Source of the DNA: Candidatus Latescibacterota bacterium
GTDB taxonomy: Bacteria > Latescibacterota > UBA2968 > UBA8231
NCBI GenBank assembly: GCA_965217585.1
Contig: OZ244561.1
Coordinates: 5,888,001 to 5,952,000, forward strand
Direction: 5' to 3'
Length of the DNA: 64,000 nucleotides
Under the pieces are notes generated by a model that worked only from the letters and a program-made list of their open reading frames with translations, did not search any database and was not told the DNA's origin. The position numbers and the translations under genes were made by a program. Shown in pieces: positions 56,203-64,000 of this stretch (within the stretch, counting starts at the first letter, position 1; each line of letters starts with the position of its first letter).

Positions 56203-57744
56203 CTAGACTTTCTTCCTTTTTCTGTGCCGGTCCTTCTTTCCGTTCGGCGTCCTGCCTTTGGCGGTAAGCCTCTTTTTTGTCGTACCGGACTTAGGAGGAA
56301 AGGGAGCGGCTTTACCACGGCGGGGATACCCATTCGGTGATTTTGTTGCTGGCTGCGCCTTCTCGTGCTGGTCAGTACTCCGTTCTTGGTGCTCTCTAGG
56401 TCGCCGTCCCTGCTCCGCGTTCGCCGCAAGGAGTAGCGGTTCGTCGCCTTGGACCATCTTCGCCAGGGCTGAAGCCACATCCAGCGCCGTTGCATTGTGC
56501 TCCTGTTGATATTGCTCGATGATCGTGCGGAACAGGCCTAGGTCCTCAGTAGCAAGCACATTGGTAATCATCTGCTTAAAGCGGGCGATGCGCTGATCGT
56601 TGATTGCCGCGGTCGAAGGAAGCTGCAAAAGCGGGATCTTCTGTTGAGTGGACCGCTCTATGGCGTAGAGCAAGCGGCGCTCGCGTGGCGCGACAAAGAG
56701 AATCGCTTCGCCGGCACGTCCCGCTCGGCCGGTGCGTCCGATGCGGTGGATATAGGCTTCGACATCGGAAGGGATATCGAAGTTGATGACGTGGCTGATG
56801 CGGTTGATGTCCAAGCCGCGCGCGGCGACATCCGTGGCCACGAGGATATCGAGTCGGCCCTTCTTCAGTTGTGCTACTGTTTCTTCGCGTCGTTTTTGCG
56901 CCATATCGCCGCTCAGGGCCGCACAGGCGTAGCCGCGGGCTTCCAGTTTTTCGGCTAACTCAACCGTTGCCGTCCGCGTGCGGACAAAGATCAAGATACC
57001 GTCGAAAGGTTCAGCTTCCAAGATGCGGGTCAGCGCATCGAGCTTGTGGTCTTTGCCGCTGACCATCCAATGGCGCTGGCGGATCTTATCGGCAGCAGAG
57101 GTGCGCTCTTTAATGGCGATATGGGCTGGGTCGCGTAGGTATTGTTCGGCGATGCGGCGGATCGGCGCTGGCATCGTCGCGGAGAACAGGGCCGTCTGGT
57201 GGGTGTCCGGCGTTTGCTCCAAAATCCACTCGACATCTTCGATAAAGCCCATCCGCAGCATTTCGTCCGCCTCGTCTAGCACCAAGCAGCTAAGGCTGTC
57301 CAGACGCAGGGTCTTGCGGCGCATGTGGTCCATCACTCGGCCCGGCGTGCCGACCACTACATGTACGCCGCGCTTAAGCGAGCGCAATTGGCCGTCGTAG
57401 GCTTGGCCCCCATAGATGGGTAAGACGTGAAAACCCGGGATATGCGCGGCATAGCGCTGGAACGCCTCGGCGACTTGGATGGCCAACTCGCGAGTGGGGG
57501 TTAAAACCAGCGTTTGCACTTCCCGGTGCCTAAAGTCGATCCGCGAGAGCAATGGCAGGGCAAAGGCCGCGGTTTTACCCGTGCCGGTTTGCGCTTGGCC
57601 GACTACATCGCGTCCGGCCAGCACCAACGGGATGGTCTGTTCTTGGATCGGCGTTGGAATCTCGTAGCCGACTTCGGCCAGTGATTTGAGTACGGGCTCA
57701 GCTAGGGCAAGGTCTTGAAATTTCGTGCCGGATGCTGCGGACAT
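56203..57744 (-). CDS. deaD: DEAD-box RNA helicase (DeaD/CsdA-like)
   Basis: Q motif, AQTGTGKT, PTRELA, DEAD, SAT, HRIGRTGR. Confidence 0.88.
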   Translation of the reverse strand: MSAASGTKFQDLALAEPVLKSLAEVGYEIPTPIQEQTIPLVLAGRDVVGQAQTGTGKTAAFALPLLSRIDFRHREVQTLVLTPTRELAIQVAEAFQRYAAHIPGFHVLPIYGGQAYDGQLRSLKRGVHVVVGTPGRVMDHMRRKTLRLDSLSCLVLDEADEMLRMGFIEDVEWILEQTPDTHQTALFSATMPAPIRRIAEQYLRDPAHIAIKERTSAADKIRQRHWMVSGKDHKLDALTRILEAEPFDGILIFVRTRTATVELAEKLEARGYACAALSGDMAQKRREETVAQLKKGRLDILVATDVAARGLDINRISHVINFDIPSDVEAYIHRIGRTGRAGRAGEAILFVAPRERRLLYAIERSTQQKIPLLQLPSTAAINDQRIARFKQMITNVLATEDLGLFRTIIEQYQQEHNATALDVASALAKMVQGDEPLLLAANAEQGRRPREHQERSTDQHEKAQPATKSPNGYPRRGKAAPFPPKSGTTKKRLTAKGRTPNGKKDRHRKRKKV

Positions 57745-57748
57745 GAGT

Positions 57749-59617
57749 CTATTCTTCTTTCTTGGCGTTTTTTTCGGCGCGGTAGCGCAGGCTGTGTTGC
57801 AGCTCCCTCTTGCGTATGCGCAGGGCCTTGGGCGTCACTTCCAAGAGCTCGTCGTTGTCCAGGTATTCAATCGCCTCGTCAAGCGTCAGGATGCGCGCCG
57901 GTGAGAGTGAATCCAATAGGGCCTTGGGCGCAGCGCGGTGGCCGGTCAGGTGTTTGGTGCGGCAGACATTGACGACCAAGTCTTCGTTGCGGATAGTCTC
58001 GCCGACGACTTGACCGGCATAGACTTCCTCACCGGGACCAATGAAAAAAGTGCCGCGCTGCTGTAGATGCTCCAGCGCATAAACACTGGCGGTGCCGCGC
58101 TCGTGTGAGATAAGTGAGCCGTGTTCTTGCACGTCGATCTCCCCAGCCACCGGCTCGTAATCGTGGAAGAGCGTATTGAAGGTGCCCGTACCGCGCGTGG
58201 TAGTTAAGTAGGGCTGGCGAAACCCGAGCATCCCGCGGGTGGGAACGAAGAATTCGGCATAGACTACGCCGTCATCGCCGTGGCGGATGTCCTGTAGCCG
58301 CCCGCGCCTTTTGCCGAGTATTTCGCTAACGGGCCCCAAATACTCGGCAAGCACCTCGATAAAGACCCGCTCAACGGGTTCGAGGAGGCCGCGCGTACTC
58401 GGGCGCAAGATGACCTCGGGATTGCCCACCGCTAGCTCGTAGCCCTCGCGCCGCATTGTTTCGATCAGGATGGCTAGGTGCAACTCGCCGCGGCCAGACA
58501 CGACAAACTCGCCCGAACGCTCCAAGTCCTCCACGCGCAGCGCGACATTGCTCTCCAACTCGTCGAAGAGCCGTGTGCGGAGTTCGCGGCTGGTCACGAA
58601 GCGGCCCTCGCGCCCGGCGAAGGGGCTGTCGTTGACCTTGAAGAGCATGCGTACTGTCGGCTCTTCGACTTTGATCGGCGGCAGCGCCACGGGTCGGGCC
58701 GGGCAGGTCAGCGTATCGCCGATACCGACGGCGGGTACGCCGGAGACGGCGACGATATTGCCGGCGTGGACTTGTTCGACCGACTCGCGCTTGAGGTTGC
58801 GGAAGACGAAAACCTGTCCGACCGTGGCCGGCTGCATCTCGCCTTCATCGTTGATGTGGACAATTGCCTGACCGGCGGCCAGCGAACCGCTGCTCAAACG
58901 GCCGACGGCGATCTTGCCGACATAGGAGCTGTACTCCAAGGTCGTAACCAATAACTGCGGCGGACCGTCTATGGCGATCTGCGGCGGCGGGAGGTGGCCG
59001 ACGATCGCATCGAATAAGGGGACTAGATTTTCAGCTAGCCGATCGGGTGCAAGTCCGGCGCGACCTTCTAAGGCCCGGGTGTAAATCACGGGGAAGTCGG
59101 CCTGTTCGTCGTTGGCCCCGAGGTCGATAAAAAGATCAAAAGTGGCGTCGATCACTGCGTCGGGGCGGGCGGCGGGCCGGTCTATTTTGTTGACGACGAC
59201 GATGGCCTTGTGCCCGCGCTCCAGCGCTTGCTTGAGGACGAAGCGCGTCTGCGGCATCGGCCCCTCGACGGCGTCAATGAGCAACACCACGCCATCGACC
59301 ATATTCATAATGCGCTCGACTTCACCGCCGAAGTCAGTGTGGCCGGGGGTATCGACGATATTGATGGTCGTGCCGTCGTACATAATGCCCGTGTTCTTGG
59401 CCAAGATCGTGATGCCGCGCTCGCGCTCGAGATCGTTGGAGTCGAGGACGCGTTCGGCGACTTGTTGGTGCGCCTCGAAGACATTGCTCTGTTTGAGCAT
59501 ACCGTCGACTAGGGTGGTTTTACCATGGTCAACGTGGGCGATAATGGCCACATTGCGGATATCGGTGCGGGGTGCCGTTTGCACTGCGTCTTGCGTTGCG
59601 GGTTCGGGTTGGGTCAT
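57749..59617 (-). CDS. typA: translational GTPase TypA/BipA
   Basis: [34 protein letters not shown]. Confidence 0.97.
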   Translation of the reverse strand: MTQPEPATQDAVQTAPRTDIRNVAIIAHVDHGKTTLVDGMLKQSNVFEAHQQVAERVLDSNDLERERGITILAKNTGIMYDGTTINIVDTPGHTDFGGEVERIMNMVDGVVLLIDAVEGPMPQTRFVLKQALERGHKAIVVVNKIDRPAARPDAVIDATFDLFIDLGANDEQADFPVIYTRALEGRAGLAPDRLAENLVPLFDAIVGHLPPPQIAIDGPPQLLVTTLEYSSYVGKIAVGRLSSGSLAAGQAIVHINDEGEMQPATVGQVFVFRNLKRESVEQVHAGNIVAVSGVPAVGIGDTLTCPARPVALPPIKVEEPTVRMLFKVNDSPFAGREGRFVTSRELRTRLFDELESNVALRVEDLERSGEFVVSGRGELHLAILIETMRREGYELAVGNPEVILRPSTRGLLEPVERVFIEVLAEYLGPVSEILGKRRGRLQDIRHGDDGVVYAEFFVPTRGMLGFRQPYLTTTRGTGTFNTLFHDYEPVAGEIDVQEHGSLISHERGTASVYALEHLQQRGTFFIGPGEEVYAGQVVGETIRNEDLVVNVCRTKHLTGHRAAPKALLDSLSPARILTLDEAIEYLDNDELLEVTPKALRIRKRELQHSLRYRAEKNAKKEE

Positions 59618-59640
59618 GGATCCTCTAGGATTGGGCCAAT

Positions 59641-59686
59641 AAAAGGAAAGGGGGCCGCGCTGTGGCTTTCTGCGCGGCCCCCTTTT
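59641..59686 (-). terminator. terminator-like hairpin in the typA 5' leader
   Basis: Minus strand AAAAGGGGGCCGCGC-loop-GCGCGGCCCCC-TTTCCTTTT, ending 23 nt before the typA ATG. Confidence 0.75.
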
Positions 59687-59787
59687 ATGGTCGCCGCACG
59701 AGCTAACTCTACGCGGCGTATTCGCTGAGCGTTTCGTCTAATCGATTTGGAAGCTGTCTAATTTTTTATAAGACAATGCCTTAGAGT

Positions 59788-59816
59788 AAATTAGGGTGCT
59801 TTTAAGTATTGGGCAA
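59788..59816 (-). promoter_or_regulatory. putative typA-deaD promoter
   Basis: Minus strand TTGCCC-17 bp-TAATTT in an AT-rich patch. Confidence 0.55.
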
Positions 59817-60024
59817 ATAAATGGTCATCGCCGCCGCGCATCCGCCGCCGCAAACGCGTCCTCTCCCGGACCGCCGTAGCAGTATTTTGCTGACCAACGA
59901 ATGCTACCTCGATGCTCAGTCTCGCTGGTCTGCTGCAGTTTTTGCCGCATTGTAGCCGGCGGTGTATCTTCCTATTTATCTAGGTTAGAACGTGCAACTT
60001 TGCAACCTCCGCAGACAAAGTATA

Positions 60025-62718
60025 ATGCCCGGTAAGCACCGCCGCAGAGATCGAAAGCGGAAACGGCTAAAACAGAGGCGCGTACCTCCCAAGCATCTGT
60101 TGGAGCAGGCCCGGCAGAGTTTAACTGAGGGAGATGGACGCCAAGCCCTCGACCTGCTCAGGCAGGCCCAACACGGCGACTCCGCTCTGGAGGGACTGCC
60201 GCTGTTGCTCTTTTGTGCCTGCATTCAACGCGCCCGTCAGTTGGCGAAAAAGGGCTTGGCCAAAGAAGCCGTTGCCATGCGCACCTTGGCCGCTCAACAC
60301 CGGGCCTCCATTGCCTTCCAGACGCTGGCCGAAGAAGATTTGGTGCAGTACATCCGCCACTCAGATGGGGCCGAAGCCTTGGAGGATTACGCGGACTATT
60401 TGAAGGCCCAACCGTCGCCCATTCTCCAAGTCGAACGGGTGCTGGCGGACCTTCTCGTGATCCAAAGGTGCTGGAAGGGCCTCGAAGTCCTCGCGGCGGA
60501 CCACCCCCTCCGGCGAGACGCCGAGCAGGTCGAACAGAGTCTCGAAGCCATGGACGCCGGGGACTGGGAGCGGGCCGTCGGCCTGCTACAAGGAATCGGC
60601 CGGCGCTCCCCGTTTGCCGCTTGGCGTCTGTTTTGCAAGGCCATGGTGTGTTTCGGCACCGGCGATGACCAGGGGTTGCGCCGAATTCTCGAGCTGTTGC
60701 CGGCCGACTTTGCCATGACCCACACGGTCGCCGAATGGAGACGCCTCTGTACAGGCGAAGGAGTGGACGGGCTGGCCCAAGTGCAGCAGGCCCTAGGGAC
60801 GGCCGGCGCGGCCAGCATGGCCTTGGCCGACCAACTGCGCCGGGCGATCCACAAAGGGCGTCTGCGCGATATCGAACGACTTATCCCCCGCCTAGCCGTT
60901 GCCCTGTACCCCGAAGAGCCCCTCCAAGCTCAGATGGCCCTGCTGCAGATCGTTGGTCTAGCCGTTCCTCGGGACAAAGTATCCATCCAAGCCATCCCCG
61001 GACTGGCGCAACGTCTCCTGCCGATTGAGCGGGCGGCTAGTGCCACGGCCCAGATTGGCTTGTTAATCCAGCAGCTGTCTCCCGACAGGTGGGATCCCGG
61101 GCCGGCGGCTGTGTACCTCGACCTGCTATCGGTGGAGTTTCCCCAGGCGCCAGATCGGGCCGTGGCCCGAGGCCGCGTGCTGGAGGCCATGGCCCGGACC
61201 GGCCACAAGGTCGGTCTTCAGCCCCACTTCCTGCCGGCCGAAATGGTCGAGTCGCTCGCCGCCCTGCTGGACGAGCGGCTCGACGATCCCGGGATGGCAT
61301 TGGCCCAATTGATGACGGCTAGCCTCGCGGCCGATCCCGACAACCGCGAAGGCTATCGCTTTCTTCTCGATCTGCTGCGGGGCCACCCCGAGTACCAAGC
61401 CAAGTTCGAAAAGACCTTGCGCGATATGGCGGCCCGCTTCCCAGACGATCCAGACCCCCACCTAGAACTGGCGGCCCTCCACTATGCCAAAAATGCGTAC
61501 CGCCGAGCCGAAAAGTCGCTGGCTGAGGGCCGCCAGTGCGCTCCCCACGACGAGCGTCTCTTGGATATGCAGGCCATCGGCTTCCTCAAATCCGCCGATC
61601 AGAGCCGCAAGCGCGGACGGTTTGAGCTAGCGGCCCAAGATCTCCAGCGCGCTGAGGACTTAGAACGCCCGCGGCTGGCGTTCGTCTTGCGGGTGAAGCG
61701 GCTCCTGCTGGCGGTGGTATCCGCCGGCCGGGATGCCGCCGAGGTCGTCGCTCCCCACTTAGAGTGCCTGCCGCCCAGTGCCCGACTCAGAACTTTGGCC
61801 CTGCTGCTCCACGATTTGGCGGAAAACAGCCATATCAAGAACGTCAAGCCCGAGATGGGAAATGCCCTGAAGGCGTTGCTCAATCGCCAGGCAACGGTCT
61901 TGGAGCAACTCGGCCCCGACGCAGTGCTCGAGCTCATCGCCCCTTTGCCCGCTGACTTCCGCATCCTCTACGACCGCCTCCAGATCGCTCCGGTCCTCGC
62001 CGACTGGTGGACCGCACTCATGGAGCGCCTCGAAGGGGATCACCTGCTCGCCTTCTTCGATATCCTGCTGGCCGGCGACCAGCACGCTCCGGTGCGCGCC
62101 GAAATAAACCGCCGCCTGCGGGGCCGCAAAAAGGCCCAACGCGACCCGCTGCTCCTGTTCTACTTGGCGGTGATCCGCTACCAAGAGGGCCAAGACTACG
62201 ATTCGAGGCGCTTTGCCGAAGTCCTCGACGCGGCAGATGCCGCCGACCAGACGCGGCTGCGGGCGGCGGCGGTGCGGCTGGCCAGCTACGCGCACGGCCC
62301 CTTGCGGCAGGCCCTACAGCAGTTCCGCTTTGACGTGCTGGATTGGCCCGTGCCCCTGTTCGGGGGTGGGCTGCCGCTGCCCGCAGACCTCCTCGGCGGG
62401 GAAGGCGGGTCGTTAGAGGAGGCTTTAGAGATGCTGCTCGGCGACGAGGCCGAGCCCTTGGCGATACCGGAGCTGAGCGACGGCGATATAGCGGACGAAC
62501 TGAGCGAGCTGGAGGACTTCATCGACGAAAACAGCCTGCGCGGTGCCCCGCTGGCCGCATTGAAGGAATTTGCCGGCTCCCTCAAGTCTAGCCAGCAGAC
62601 GCGGCGAGATCTGGAACGGATCGGCCGCGAGTGCGAAGCGGCGGACCTGAGCGACGACCTCTCGCCCGAACTGTACTTTCTGCTCTTCGCCCGCAGAAAA
62701 AAGAAAAAACATCGTTGA
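60025..62718 (+). CDS. large alpha-helical/TPR-like protein
   Basis: Leu/Ala-rich helical repeats (FPDDPDPHLELAALHY, AEKSLAEGRQCAPHD); basic N- and C-termini. Confidence 0.75.
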   Translation: MPGKHRRRDRKRKRLKQRRVPPKHLLEQARQSLTEGDGRQALDLLRQAQHGDSALEGLPLLLFCACIQRARQLAKKGLAKEAVAMRTLAAQHRASIAFQTLAEEDLVQYIRHSDGAEALEDYADYLKAQPSPILQVERVLADLLVIQRCWKGLEVLAADHPLRRDAEQVEQSLEAMDAGDWERAVGLLQGIGRRSPFAAWRLFCKAMVCFGTGDDQGLRRILELLPADFAMTHTVAEWRRLCTGEGVDGLAQVQQALGTAGAASMALADQLRRAIHKGRLRDIERLIPRLAVALYPEEPLQAQMALLQIVGLAVPRDKVSIQAIPGLAQRLLPIERAASATAQIGLLIQQLSPDRWDPGPAAVYLDLLSVEFPQAPDRAVARGRVLEAMARTGHKVGLQPHFLPAEMVESLAALLDERLDDPGMALAQLMTASLAADPDNREGYRFLLDLLRGHPEYQAKFEKTLRDMAARFPDDPDPHLELAALHYAKNAYRRAEKSLAEGRQCAPHDERLLDMQAIGFLKSADQSRKRGRFELAAQDLQRAEDLERPRLAFVLRVKRLLLAVVSAGRDAAEVVAPHLECLPPSARLRTLALLLHDLAENSHIKNVKPEMGNALKALLNRQATVLEQLGPDAVLELIAPLPADFRILYDRLQIAPVLADWWTALMERLEGDHLLAFFDILLAGDQHAPVRAEINRRLRGRKKAQRDPLLLFYLAVIRYQEGQDYDSRRFAEVLDAADAADQTRLRAAAVRLASYAHGPLRQALQQFRFDVLDWPVPLFGGGLPLPADLLGGEGGSLEEALEMLLGDEAEPLAIPELSDGDIADELSELEDFIDENSLRGAPLAALKEFAGSLKSSQQTRRDLERIGRECEAADLSDDLSPELYFLLFARRKKKKHR

Positions 62719-62731
62719 GAGGAGCAGCGAT

Positions 62732-63079
62732 ATGATAGCTCATTATTGGGTCTTGGGACTTTCCCCGGCCGCGTCCCAAGAAGAGATTCGCCAGCGCTAT
62801 TTGCAGCTAATCCGCACGCATCCGCCTAGCCAAAACCCCGAGCGTTTCCAGCAAATTACGGCCGCATACGAGGCCTTGAAGGATGCCCGCTCTCGAGCGG
62901 AAACGGCCATTTTCGGGATGGCCCAGTACGGCGATTTTGAATTGGCACTCGCGGCATTGGTGCAGGCGCGTCCGGCTGAGCGCAAGGTGCCGGGCTTAAA
63001 AACTCTCCTCGCCGCAGAAGGCAAGACGACTGGAAATCCGCAGATGGCGCAGATGAAAGGCGAAGGCAAGGATGGGTAG
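62732..63079 (+). CDS. small J-domain protein (HPP instead of HPD)
   Basis: YWVLGLSPAASQEEIRQRY..HPPSQNPERFQQITAAYEAL. Confidence 0.85.
   Translation: MIAHYWVLGLSPAASQEEIRQRYLQLIRTHPPSQNPERFQQITAAYEALKDARSRAETAIFGMAQYGDFELALAALVQARPAERKVPGLKTLLAAEGKTTGNPQMAQMKGEGKDG
63017..63070. repeat. ATCCGCAGATGGCGCAGAT mini-insert with 9-bp direct repeats
   Basis: GAAGGCAAG at 63017-63025 and 63062-63070 flank the motif also seen at 23505. Confidence 0.6.
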
Positions 63080-63740
63080 AAAGGGCGACGACTGGAAGCA
63101 ACAGGCCCTAGCGGATTTTGGACAGTGGCTGGACGAGTGGGCCGAGGACCCTTTAGAGGCCGATGCCGAGGAAACCGCCGAGTGCGACCTGCGCGACCTG
63201 TTTGCCGAAATTGCCGCCCTGCGGCAGGAGACCCGTCTGCAGAACCGGGAGCAGGCCAAGGCCGGCCGGGAGTTGGAAAAGGCGGCTACCCTATACGGGA
63301 CGGTCGCAGACTGGGCGCAGCGCCGGGAAGAGGATCTGGCGTCCTTTGAGAAGCGCATCGCTAGGGCGGCCGAGGATCGCTGTCTGCGGCCCTTTTTAGC
63401 TGTGCGCGACGCTTTGGTGCGAGGCCGAGCCGCGGCGGTCCAGCTACACAGACCGCCGCGGCTGTTCCGGCGTCCAGCGCCGGGGATCGCCGGGGTGGTG
63501 CAAGGCTATGAATTGGCCCTCAGACGCTTTGACCGGATGCTGGCCCAGTTTGGCGTCCAGCTTTTGCAGACCGTAGGGCATCCCTTTGATGCCCGCACGA
63601 TGCGGGCAGTAGAGACGCGCCGGGTCGCGCAGCGCGAAGACAACGTGGTCGTCGAGGAATTCCTCAGTGGTTTTACGCGCGAGGGCGAAGTACTGCGCTT
63701 GGCCGAGGTGGCAGTGAACCGTCTCGACATACAGGAGTGA
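63072..63740 (+). CDS. grpE: GrpE-like nucleotide exchange factor
   Basis: Coiled coil, then VGHPFDARTMRAV..VVEEFLSGF..VLRLAEVAV. Confidence 0.82.
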   Translation: MGRKGDDWKQQALADFGQWLDEWAEDPLEADAEETAECDLRDLFAEIAALRQETRLQNREQAKAGRELEKAATLYGTVADWAQRREEDLASFEKRIARAAEDRCLRPFLAVRDALVRGRAAAVQLHRPPRLFRRPAPGIAGVVQGYELALRRFDRMLAQFGVQLLQTVGHPFDARTMRAVETRRVAQREDNVVVEEFLSGFTREGEVLRLAEVAVNRLDIQE

Positions 63741-63745
63741 TTTCC

Positions 63746-64000
63746 ATGGAAGCAATTATCGGTATAGACTTGGGCACGACCAACTCGGAAGTGGCGATCA
63801 TTTCCAAGGGGACGCCAGCAATCGTCTGGGAGGACAATGAAGCGCTTTTACCTTCGTGCGTGGGGCTCAATGAAATGGGGCAGGTCATCGTCGGGCACCA
63901 GGCCCGCAACCAGTACGCGGTCGCCCCCGAGCGCACGGTGCTTTCTATCAAGCGCCTGATGGGGTCTGAGACCCGGGTGCCGATGGGGGCGGAGGAATAC
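63746..64000 (+). CDS. Hsp70/DnaK-family protein (partial, runs off the window)
   Basis: MEAIIGIDLGTTNSEVA..LLPSCVG..VGHQARNQ..SIKRLMG; absent from the ORF track because it is open-ended. Confidence 0.92.
   Translation, partial: MEAIIGIDLGTTNSEVAIISKGTPAIVWEDNEALLPSCVGLNEMGQVIVGHQARNQYAVAPERTVLSIKRLMGSETRVPMGAEEY

Noticed and set aside
59821-59955. 44-codon ORF between typA and the TPR-like gene
   Set aside because: No RBS, atypical composition, no motif
60021-60026. TATAAT as promoter for the TPR-like gene
   Set aside because: It overlaps the ATG itself and the nearest TTG hexamer is only 15 bp away

Overview
GC-rich bacterial chromosome segment from a diderm with a peptidoglycan wall. 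Its gene mix (PhyH dioxygenases, DegT aminotransferases, sugar-acid dehydratases, Bacteroidetes-type TlpA and DUF5777-like genes) resembles FCB-group or Latescibacteria-like organisms; that assignment is inference only. Left to right: a Cys-tailed MerR regulator-iscA-iscS-moeB/rhodanese operon; trmB; a reduced dcw cluster (mraZ rsmH ftsL ftsI murE murF ftsW murC ftsQ ftsA ftsZ, with no mraY, murD, murG, murB or ddl); purE; kptA-glnB-glnE; a catabolic/accessory region with an AT-richer ABC-ATPase + PIN cassette and a VapBC pair; two paralogous repeat-containing TlpA redoxins around a YtrA/GntR-ABC operon; a cytochrome c lipoprotein-YceI-beta-barrel-phosphodiesterase-ABC exporter operon; typA-deaD-MFS on the minus strand; and a TPR-like/J-domain/GrpE/Hsp70 cluster running off the right end. 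I found no rRNA, tRNA or CRISPR array. The most unusual signal is a set of long nested base-paired domains inside protein-coding sequence, coinciding with patches of atypical codons. The largest is about 280 nt inside murF, built on a 16-bp stem; others lie in glnE, typA, ftsZ, iscS, murE, ftsI, ftsA and kptA. Two families of tiny repeats have also entered coding sequence, and there is an attenuator-like leader before typA. All pairings were found by eye and need folding and covariation statistics.
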